Assembly: GCA_039208735.1 (NCBI GenBank)
Contig: JBCCQY010000105.1
Location: 1-32,947, forward strand
Direction: 5' to 3'
Source of the DNA: Myxococcota bacterium
GTDB taxonomy: Bacteria; Myxococcota_A; UBA796; GCA-2862545
Length of the DNA: 32,947 nt
Both the position numbers and the translations under genes were made by a program. Shown piece after piece: positions 25,746-32,947 of the stretch (its first letter is position 1; each line of letters opens with the position of its first letter). Under the pieces are notes generated by a model. The model had not been told where the DNA came from, searched no databases, and saw nothing but the letters and a program-made list of their open reading frames with translations.

Positions 25746-26746
25746 CCAACCTTCGCGAACGGCTTGAAGCGCTGCCCGAGCCTGATCCGGCGGCCGTCGA
25801 CCGCATGTGGGTCCGGTTCTTGACCACCCAGGCCCAAGAGCCCCGCCGCCGACGCCAACGGTGGATCACGAGAGGGGCCCTGGCCTTGGCCGCAGCAGCA
25901 TTGGTGACGCTCTGGGCCACCGCTCCGGAATCCCCCCGAAGCGAGACCCTCACCGCCCAGGTCCTTCCCGAAAACCACCGCTGGAGCGACCAGATTCAGC
26001 TTGAAACACTGGGTGCGGGCGTCATTTCGGGCACCTCCCGCAACGCCACCATCGATTGGGAGTCGGGCACGGTCCACGTCGAGGTTGAGCCCAACGCCAA
26101 CACCGATGTCACCGTGGTGACCAAAGAGGCCCGTGTCAAAGTGGTCGGAACGAAATTCGACGTCCGACGAGATGCCCTTGGCTCAACGATCATGGTGCAG
26201 CGCGGTCAAGTCGACGTACACTGTGGGGATGGTTGGCAGGGGAAACTCGGCATTGGCGAGGAGCACACCTGCCTGCCCACGACGGCATCCGAGCTGCTAG
26301 GTCGTGCTTCGGCACTCGAAGCCGAAGGACAAACCCAGGCGATTGGCCCAACGCTTGACCGCGGGCTCGCGTTGGCCGAGGGCCCGGTTCGTGGCGAACT
26401 GCTGGCCCGTCGCATGCGCCTTCGGGCCGGAAAAGGTGACGTGGACGGTGCCCTGGCCGACGCGACGGCCTATCTGGCAAGCCCGTCGGGGCGGGACACC
26501 GAAATTCTACGTTTCGCCGGTTGGCTCTCGCTCGAGTACAAAGGCTGCGCCGAAGCGCGTCCCTGGCTCGACAAACTGCACGCCAAAGGGTCTGCCCAGG
26601 ACACCGTGCTCCTCGCGGAGTGTCTGGCGGCCACCGATCCCGAACGTGCACGTCAGATGCTCATTATGGCCATGCCCACCCTCGATGGAGAGTGGAGTGC
26701 ACGAGCGGCCGCAGACCTTGCGAACTTGAGGAAGGTGCTCCCATGA
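25742..26746 (+). CDS. FecR-domain transmembrane anti-sigma factor with C-terminal TPR-like helices
   Basis: Short cytoplasmic N-terminus, RRRR followed by a TM helix, FecR motif VTVVTKEARVKVVGTKFDV...VQRGQVDV, helical C-terminus. Confidence 0.85.
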   Translation: MTNLRERLEALPEPDPAAVDRMWVRFLTTQAQEPRRRRQRWITRGALALAAAALVTLWATAPESPRSETLTAQVLPENHRWSDQIQLETLGAGVISGTSRNATIDWESGTVHVEVEPNANTDVTVVTKEARVKVVGTKFDVRRDALGSTIMVQRGQVDVHCGDGWQGKLGIGEEHTCLPTTASELLGRASALEAEGQTQAIGPTLDRGLALAEGPVRGELLARRMRLRAGKGDVDGALADATAYLASPSGRDTEILRFAGWLSLEYKGCAEARPWLDKLHAKGSAQDTVLLAECLAATDPERARQMLIMAMPTLDGEWSARAAADLANLRKVLP

Positions 26747-27309
26747 TGTCGCTTCCCCTTCGGACGCTCGGCGCAATCCTATTGCTGACCGGCTGCGAAC
26801 CCGAGTCTGTGTTGTTCTTGCCCGACCTGGGCACCGAAGAGTTTCCTCAAACCGACTTCTTTGGGTTGCCCGGTGGTGAACTTGGGATCGATGACGGCTC
26901 GGTCTTGTGGGGCTGCAACCCCGCGGGCACTGCCTTCAGCCTCGACTTTCGTACATTCGGACCCGCCGGCGGGGGCACCCTTACCGTCGTGACGGAAACG
27001 GGGTTCATCGAAGAGCATGAACTCCTGCTGACGGATGCTGCCCCAAATGGCTCCTGGGACCGGTACGCGGTAGGCCCGCTGCTCGATCAGACTCCGGAAG
27101 CGGATTTTCTGTCCGGCACCAACACCACGGCGATGTGCGAAGGATCCGATCCTACCACCATCATTCAGATCATCGACCGGTTTGGTGAACTCCAGGACTG
27201 TGTCTGGCACGACCACGATGGAGTTCCCCCCATCGCCACCAGCATCATCGAAAGCAAAGCCAACCTCAAGATTGGCGGTTGTCGCTTCCTTTCTTCCTAT
27301 TCCTACTAG
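26743..27309 (+). CDS. Hypothetical acidic lipoprotein
   Basis: MMSLPLRTLGAILLLTG|C; ATGA overlap with the anti-sigma stop; four further Cys. Confidence 0.8.
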   Translation: MMSLPLRTLGAILLLTGCEPESVLFLPDLGTEEFPQTDFFGLPGGELGIDDGSVLWGCNPAGTAFSLDFRTFGPAGGGTLTVVTETGFIEEHELLLTDAAPNGSWDRYAVGPLLDQTPEADFLSGTNTTAMCEGSDPTTIIQIIDRFGELQDCVWHDHDGVPPIATSIIESKANLKIGGCRFLSSYSY

Positions 27310-27386
27310 CGGCCGTGGGCCGTGCTCTCTTCCGCCGGGCTCCCGGTGGAACATCCAGGTTCGGTCTCGGCCGATCAGGAGGACCT

Positions 27387-28364
27387 ATGCGCGTTGTTGT
27401 TGTTCCCCTTATGGCATGGCTCGCCATCGGCTGTGCCCCGGCGGAGACGGAAATTCGGTTCCGTTCGACGGTGATCACCGAGAGCGATGGCGTGGCCATG
27501 GCGGATGATGGCCTGACCACCTATGCCGCGATGCAGGGCGTGACCTGCGCCCTTGACGTCCGCTGGGGTTGTCCCACCATCGAAGACGACTTGCCGACCG
27601 AAAACGAACAGGTCCTGGACCATCTCGACGGCACGACGATTGCGTCGTCCGACGCCACCCTGCACTACATGGACGGTGGCACCTGGGACCCGAGTCGCGA
27701 TGTCGCCATGCCCGCACTGCGTACCGCGCGCCTGTCGAACGCAGGCCTTATGGTGCTGAACGCGACCCAGGAACGTTGTGAACTCGACATCGGGGATGCC
27801 ACCTACGAAGTCGACGGTGCGCTCTGTACCGCCGAGGACTACGAGGTGGACCGCCGCGGTGCGTTGGTTGCCGTCACGAGTGAGGGAATCCTTCGCGCCG
27901 ACGCCAATGGAGTCACGAAGCTGGCCGACGAAGGCGACCGTAGCGCGGTCGACATGGCTCGCGACTACGTGTACGTCGCAACGGCGGGAGACACCCGCCT
28001 TGCCGCTGTGGATCCGAGCGGTGCCCAGGCTTGGTCAATGGACCTCGAAAACCCGATCCTCGACGTCGCATCGCGTGGTGACAAGGGCGACGTCGTCGTC
28101 CTCACCCAGACCGCAGACGGTTACGGTCAGATCGAACGCCGCGACGGCTTGACGGGTGAAACGAAGGCGGTCCGCACGGTTCCCTCATCTGAGGGTGAAC
28201 TCGTGGTCGCGGCCAATGGTCGCACCCTCGCGTTGGTGCTGCCTGACGAAATCCACCACTACGAGATTGTGGTGGATGGGGAAGACGCTCCCGAAGGCGA
28301 GCCCGTCACCTGCCCGGACATTCCGGCCCCGGCATCCTCCGGTCTTGGCGTGAGCTTCGACTAG
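27387..28364 (+). CDS. Lipoprotein, probable beta-propeller fold
   Basis: AGGAGG RBS; MRVVVVPLMAWLAIG|C; repeated short strands (AVDPSGAQAWS, RRDGLTGE, VAANGRTLAL). Confidence 0.8.
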   Translation: MRVVVVPLMAWLAIGCAPAETEIRFRSTVITESDGVAMADDGLTTYAAMQGVTCALDVRWGCPTIEDDLPTENEQVLDHLDGTTIASSDATLHYMDGGTWDPSRDVAMPALRTARLSNAGLMVLNATQERCELDIGDATYEVDGALCTAEDYEVDRRGALVAVTSEGILRADANGVTKLADEGDRSAVDMARDYVYVATAGDTRLAAVDPSGAQAWSMDLENPILDVASRGDKGDVVVLTQTADGYGQIERRDGLTGETKAVRTVPSSEGELVVAANGRTLALVLPDEIHHYEIVVDGEDAPEGEPVTCPDIPAPASSGLGVSFD

Positions 28365-29335
28365 ATCTCGAAGGCCCCGACCGCGGCCTCGCAACCCTCC
28401 CAGTTGATGCGGAGGTTCTCGGGGTCGCGCAACGCGTCTTCAGGCGGAAGAAGCTCGGGGAAGCCCGTCCACCGCTCGGGACCATAGAAATTGCCGGACT
28501 TTGCCTCGGGATCTGCACACGCCCGAAGGATGCCCAATGCGCCATCCTCGGCCGACTGCGCCTGGGACATCAAATCCGACTGGAGGTCCATGCCGCCGCT
28601 GTCGGCGGTCGTGACCTGCAAACTCGTCGCCGCCAGACCAGGATGCGCAAGCAGCGCCTTCACGTTCGACAGCCCCTGGGCTTCCAAACGCCGCTGCAGC
28701 TCATAGGTAAAGGTGCAGTTGGCGAGCTTGGTCTGGTGGTACCGCGACCAACGTGGGCCAGAGAAGGAGGCATTCTCTTCTTCGGTCCCGTCGCCCCCGA
28801 GATTTCCGCCGTTCTTGCCAAAGTACTTGGCTTCGAGCGGAGGTCCGCGGCGTGCCATCGAGGTGTGGTTGACGATGCGTCCATCGTCGCTCTGCTTCAA
28901 TAGACCAAACAGCTCCTTGGTCAGCAGGAAATGCGAGAGACAGTTGGTTTGCATCTGGACGTCATAGCCATCCTTGGTGGCCTGATCGGGCAGGGCCATC
29001 ACGCCAGCGTTGTTGCACAGCACATCGAGACGATCGACCCGCTCGAGGATGGTCTTGGCGGCGGCCCGCACGCTATCAAAGTCCTGCAAATCACAGGTGA
29101 TCGGCTCGAATACGCCATCCGGCACTTCGGATTGCAATCTGGCCAACGACGCTTTCGATCGTTCACTTTCGCGGTTCAGAAGCAACACGCGAGCGCCAAG
29201 CTTGCCAAGTTCGCGGGCACAAACATAGCCAGTGCCGCTGGTGGTGCCGGTGACTGCCGCCACACGGCCGGCCAGATCCTGGGTGTGGTTGTCAATCACG
29301 GTGTCGAGGTGCAAGGTCTCGATGGTCCGACTCAT
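28361..29335 (-). CDS. Short-chain dehydrogenase/reductase (retinol dehydrogenase/WWOX-like)
   Basis: TGTTSGTG cofactor motif, CDL, NNAGVM, catalytic YHQTK, AHPG; GGAG before ATG 29335. Confidence 0.92.
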   Translation of the reverse strand: MSRTIETLHLDTVIDNHTQDLAGRVAAVTGTTSGTGYVCARELGKLGARVLLLNRESERSKASLARLQSEVPDGVFEPITCDLQDFDSVRAAAKTILERVDRLDVLCNNAGVMALPDQATKDGYDVQMQTNCLSHFLLTKELFGLLKQSDDGRIVNHTSMARRGPPLEAKYFGKNGGNLGGDGTEEENASFSGPRWSRYHQTKLANCTFTYELQRRLEAQGLSNVKALLAHPGLAATSLQVTTADSGGMDLQSDLMSQAQSAEDGALGILRACADPEAKSGNFYGPERWTGFPELLPPEDALRDPENLRINWEGCEAAVGAFEI

Positions 29336-29387
29336 GATGTTCTCCGCATACGCCCGGGAAACGTATCGAATTCGACAACCTCGTCCC

Positions 29388-29422
29388 TGCCTCTTCCTCT
29401 GAATGGTATGCCCAATCCTCCA
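29388..29422. promoter_or_regulatory. Putative AraC-family binding site (two half-sites with 21-bp period)
   Basis: TGCC-TCT-TCCTC at 29388 and TGCC-CAA-TCCTC at 29409, in the SDR/AraC divergent intergenic region. Confidence 0.55.
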
Positions 29423-29454
29423 GCTCATGACATCAGCCGCCGCGGGGAGCCCGT

Positions 29455-30327
29455 ATGAGCCTCAGATCACTGACTCGGATCGTCCAACAAAGGGTTTCCA
29501 CTTCCTATCGTGAACTGGCCGCCGGACTCCGGGTGGTTCGCCGCACCGCTCCCACGACCATGGAGGCCTCGGTCTATGAACCCATCGTCTGCCTGATCCT
29601 CCAGGGTGCGAAAACGACGACCGTAGCAGGCCAGAGCTTTACCGTCCGGGCAGGCCAATCCGTCATCGTAAGCCACCCGTTGCCCGTCGGGGCTCGCATC
29701 ACGCATGCCAGCGCAGACGCGCCCTTCCTGTCGCTGGTTACCCCGATCGATCTCTCGGAACTTCGGAGCCTGCAGCACGAGCTGGATCATCCCTTACGAG
29801 AGTCCGAACCGGCTCGACCGTACGCCATCACTCCGGTCGACGCACCGACACTCGCCGTCTTCGAGCGCTATGCAGCCCTCGCGGGGGCGCCGGACGATGT
29901 TCGCGTACTCGTGCCGTTGATTCGACGGGAACTTCACTACCGGCTTCTCAAGGCCGACAATGGCGGTATGCTGAGGGCGCTGCTCCACCGCGACAGCCAC
30001 GCGAGCGCCATTGCCAATGCCATCCGAGTACTACGTGCGGATTTCCGTCAGGCCTTCGACGTCGCCGGTCTGGCCCAGTCTGTGGGCATGAGCGCCTCCT
30101 CCTTCTACAAACACTTCAAGGTTGTCACCTCCACCACCCCCCTGCAGTACCAAAAGGAATTGAGGCTTACCGAGGCACGCCGGCTCCTGTTGGGGGGCCG
30201 CCATAGCGTCTCGACCGCCGCCTACGAGGTTGGCTACGAAAGTCCTTCACAATTCAGCCGGGAATACTCGCGGAAGTTCGGGGCCCCCCCGCGCTCCGAC
30301 CTCCCCCGCTCTGCTCCGTCGGCTTGA
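29455..30327 (+). CDS. AraC family transcriptional regulator (AraC_N / YqhC-like)
   Basis: YEPIVCLILQGAK, RELHYRLL and MSASSFYKHFKVVTSTTPLQYQKELRL...VGYESPSQFSREYSRKFG. Confidence 0.93.
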   Translation: MSLRSLTRIVQQRVSTSYRELAAGLRVVRRTAPTTMEASVYEPIVCLILQGAKTTTVAGQSFTVRAGQSVIVSHPLPVGARITHASADAPFLSLVTPIDLSELRSLQHELDHPLRESEPARPYAITPVDAPTLAVFERYAALAGAPDDVRVLVPLIRRELHYRLLKADNGGMLRALLHRDSHASAIANAIRVLRADFRQAFDVAGLAQSVGMSASSFYKHFKVVTSTTPLQYQKELRLTEARRLLLGGRHSVSTAAYEVGYESPSQFSREYSRKFGAPPRSDLPRSAPSA

Positions 30328-30331
30328 CGCC

Positions 30332-31075
30332 ATGATTCGCGCAGCACTGGTCCACTCCCAGAATCCCTCGCGCCCCTTGGTTGAGGCCCAGGCGGTGTTC
30401 GATACCTTTGCGGCCCGAGGGCTTCCGACCACGCCCTTCCCGCTCAAGCGCCTGACTCGGCGACAGCTTCCTTTGGCGCCCGACGTGCTCGTGGCTGGAG
30501 ACACTCAGAGCGTGCCCATGGCGCTGCGGCAGCTGGGCATCGAAGGACCGTTCCTTCCGACCTACCCTTCGGCATTGAGGCCTTGGATGGGTCGCCGCAT
30601 CCGGTTGAGCACGGTGGCGAACGTCCGTCGTTCGTCGCTGACCCAACCCCAATTTGTGAAACCAGCGGCCCGTACCAAGCGATTCACTGGTTTTGTCCTT
30701 CGTGAACCAAGTGACGAGATGTACTTCGCCGGAGCCTCTGGACAGACCGAGGTATGGTTGGCGGACGTCGTGGACTTTACCGTCGAGCACCGAGTCTACG
30801 TCATCGACGGGCGGGTAAGAGGGGTTTGCGGTTATGCCGGCCGTGGCCCGACTCCCCCGTCGGCCTTCCTCGAAAACCTGGTCGCAGCCTTAGTTGCCGC
30901 TGGGGAGCCCACCGCAGGCATCGCGGTTGACGTTGGAATGGTGGAGGACCGATGGGTCGTCGTCGAGTGCAATGAAGGGTTTGGACTCGGATTGTACCCA
31001 GGGTTCGACGCGGCCACCTACACCGACCTGCTCCTCGCACGATGGAGGTCGCTGACCGCTACTCTACGGGGGTGA
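30332..31075 (+). CDS. ATP-grasp domain protein (R2K clade / DUF4343-like)
   Basis: YPSALRPWMGRRI, FVKP...KRFTGFV, EHRVYVIDG, VDVG...VVECNEGFGLGLY, LLARW. Confidence 0.85.
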   Translation: MIRAALVHSQNPSRPLVEAQAVFDTFAARGLPTTPFPLKRLTRRQLPLAPDVLVAGDTQSVPMALRQLGIEGPFLPTYPSALRPWMGRRIRLSTVANVRRSSLTQPQFVKPAARTKRFTGFVLREPSDEMYFAGASGQTEVWLADVVDFTVEHRVYVIDGRVRGVCGYAGRGPTPPSAFLENLVAALVAAGEPTAGIAVDVGMVEDRWVVVECNEGFGLGLYPGFDAATYTDLLLARWRSLTATLRG

Positions 31076-31184
31076 GGGCATGGTCCAGATCGAAACACAC
31101 GACCTGGTGTTGCCCGCCGCGACAGGAATGAGGGCAATGTCGCGCGCTCCATGGCGGCAGATTGGGAAACATCCTGCACAGTGG

Positions 31185-31373
31185 TGATCAGCGCTGGGCT
31201 TCGTCACAGAACCAAGGTGCCAGGCCATTTGTTCATTTGTTCCTGCAGCCCGACGCGCTTCAGGCTTCGTCGCCTGCGGCTCCTGCAGCCTGATCAGCTT
31301 GCAGGAGCGTCAGCGACGAAAGCTGAACCGCGTCGGCCTGCAGCCGCGTAGCGCCGAAGGCCAGCGGTGATCA
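31185..31373. repeat. Nested palindromic element (REP/REPIN/MITE-like or structured RNA)
   Basis: Outer arms 31185-31203 and 31355-31373 are complementary at 17 of 19 positions; inner ~50-bp imperfect stem 31243-31343 centred on TGATCA. Confidence 0.7.
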
Positions 31374-31591
31374 AGCGGTTGGGACCTAGCCGTACCTACG
31401 CGAAGGTTCTCGACCACCCGGCACACGAAAAATTCACGTCCACCCGACAGGACTCACAATGGCCCGGGGAACGGGCCAACATGGGAAGTGAGGTTCGACA
31501 ACTCGAGGCCAACGAAACCCCCAGAGTTTGACGCACGTTGACAGTCCTAAGGTTCGCGTGGAATCGTCTTTTGTACTTGCGTGGAGGTTCT

Positions 31592-32065
31592 ATGCGATGT
31601 TGGTGGTTGGCCATCGGAGCTGCGCTCGTCGTAGCCTGTGGCCAAGAACCAGGTTTAAATGGTGAAAACGGCACCGATCTACCTGAGTTCGATCCGAGCG
31701 CCGTGGTGTTTGCCGACGGCTGCGACCCGATGCCCGAAGCGCGGGCTTGTATCGAAGCGAATCCGGTGGAGTTCCTCCCTGGCGATGCCCCGCAAATTTC
31801 GGCACGCTGCGAGGACCTTGGCTACACCTGCTGCAATCCCGAAGACTGGATCAGCCGAGACGCCGCCTCGTGCATCGCGGAAACCGATGCGCGGATGTCT
31901 GACCGTCAGGCGAACCAGGTGACCCTCGGTTGCTACGACGATGTGTTCGGGCCCATGTTTGCCGTTTACGAGCGCAACGACGAAGGCCGTCTGCAGGGCA
32001 TCGGCATTCACGCCGCGACCGGTCGCGTGACCTGGTTCGACGACGGAAGCGGTGTCTTTAGTTGA
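31592..32065 (+). CDS. Cys-rich lipoprotein with C-terminal PepSY-like motif
   Basis: GGAGG RBS; MRCWWLAIGAALVVA|C; 7 further Cys; IGIHAATGRV resembles the PepSY I-D-A-x-T-G motif. Confidence 0.75.
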   Translation: MRCWWLAIGAALVVACGQEPGLNGENGTDLPEFDPSAVVFADGCDPMPEARACIEANPVEFLPGDAPQISARCEDLGYTCCNPEDWISRDAASCIAETDARMSDRQANQVTLGCYDDVFGPMFAVYERNDEGRLQGIGIHAATGRVTWFDDGSGVFS

Positions 32066-32127
32066 GGCTTTGGTTGAGGCCCTTGATTCGGATCCCGGTC
32101 GGGATCTCCAAGGGAGTGGAAGTGACC

Positions 32128-32847
32128 ATGATGGGCACCTTTCGATGCATGATGGTTGGTTTGTTCGTGGTGGCCTGTCGCAGCGGCGGCGGCGAACCCG
32201 GTGAACCGACGGCTGATGACCGCGATGGGGATGGACTCACGAACGCCGAAGAAGCGGCGCTCGGCAGCAACCCGGACGCGGCGGACACGGACCGTGACGG
32301 TTGGGACGACCTCATCGAGGTCGACAACTACACCGACCCCCTCAACGGGTTTGATCATCCGTACACTGGCGGCTGGGAAATCGACGCCTGTCGCAACGAC
32401 CTGCGGGGCACCGGCGGAGCGCGGGGCGATGTCGCCTTGCCGTTCTCGCTCATGGACCAACACGGTGACCCCGTGCGGCTCCACGACTTCTGCGATCGCG
32501 TGGTGCTCATCGCCTCCGCCGCGGGGTGGTGCCAGCCGTGCCAGCAGGAAGCGCCCTTCCTGCAGCGGATGTTCGAAGAGTACAAAGACGACGGTTTGAT
32601 GGTGATTACGCTCCTCGGCGAGGATGCGAGCAGCCAAACCCCCTCGCTCGACGTACTCCAGGATTGGGCTGACGAATTCGAACTCACCCATCCCGTACTT
32701 CAGGACACGTCGTTTAGCGCCACTGCGATCTTCACAGGTCCGAACGGTGCATTGCCCGCGAACCATCTCCTCGCTCGAGGCGCCGTGGTCGAGTTCACCT
32801 CGGTCATGGAAGTCGATGAGGAAATGATCACGAGCTACCTCGACTGA
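32128..32847 (+). CDS. TlpA/redoxin-like thioredoxin lipoprotein with Ca-binding DxDxDG repeat
   Basis: Lipobox FVVA|C; DRDGDGLTNAEEAALGSNPDAADTDRDGWDD; FSLMDQHGDPVRLHDF; active site WCQPC. Confidence 0.88.
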   Translation: MMGTFRCMMVGLFVVACRSGGGEPGEPTADDRDGDGLTNAEEAALGSNPDAADTDRDGWDDLIEVDNYTDPLNGFDHPYTGGWEIDACRNDLRGTGGARGDVALPFSLMDQHGDPVRLHDFCDRVVLIASAAGWCQPCQQEAPFLQRMFEEYKDDGLMVITLLGEDASSQTPSLDVLQDWADEFELTHPVLQDTSFSATAIFTGPNGALPANHLLARGAVVEFTSVMEVDEEMITSYLD

Positions 32848-32851
32848 CCGT

Positions 32852-32940
32852 TGTGTGGCGGGGGGGCGACCCCCCCACACAGCCCCAAAAAGCAGCGTAA
32901 CACCCCCCCGCCGCCCAGTAAGGGGTGGCCGGTGGGGGTA
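32852..32940. repeat. GC-rich hairpin cluster (REP-like) at the window end
   Basis: TGTGTGGC-G7-CGA-C7-ACACA hairpin with a GCGA loop right after the stop codon, then a second imperfect C-run/G-run stem. Confidence 0.45.
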
Positions 32941-32947
32941 TAAGGGG

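Noticed and set aside
28361..28364. Convergent genes sharing CTAG stop codons (also a 16-bp tail overlap at 11550-11565)
   Set aside because: Ordinary compact packing of convergent genes.
31185..31389. Integron attC site or CRISPR interpretation of the palindrome
   Set aside because: No convincing paired RYYYAAC/GTTRRRY ends, no integrase, no cassette array and no repeat-spacer periodicity.
31528..31566. TTGAC twice, including a perfect TTGACA, upstream of the lipoprotein gene
   Set aside because: No acceptable -10 element at 16-18 bp spacing; too short to call.

Overview
GC-rich bacterial DNA, most likely Myxococcota (inferred from a MYXO-CTERM sorting signal, a TIGR02996-like/LRR protein, ECF-FecR and STAND-TPR regulators and many lipoproteins). 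About 27 protein-coding genes; no rRNA, tRNA, CRISPR array or transposase was recognised. The window is dominated by signalling and cell-envelope genes. (1) A minus-strand operon: lipoprotein, Ser/Thr kinase-STAND-TPR, TIGR02999-type ECF sigma, wHTH-STAND-TPR. (2) A Fur-box-like site in front of an LCM-family methyltransferase and a membrane protein. (3) A 1629-aa surface protein with an INTERNAL MYXO-CTERM signal directly followed by a second, lipoprotein-type signal peptide and another ~456-aa domain, a candidate self-splitting surface polyprotein, divergent from a third wHTH-STAND regulator. (4) Conflict/immunity-like genes (DUF4241-like, WGR/TIGR02996/LRR-like, R2K ATP-grasp). (5) A translationally coupled ECF/FecR operon with two paralogous small beta-barrel-like proteins and no TonB-dependent receptor. 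(6) An AraC/SDR divergon, a ~190-bp nested palindrome and a thioredoxin lipoprotein. All family calls come from motif recognition by eye, not from database searches.
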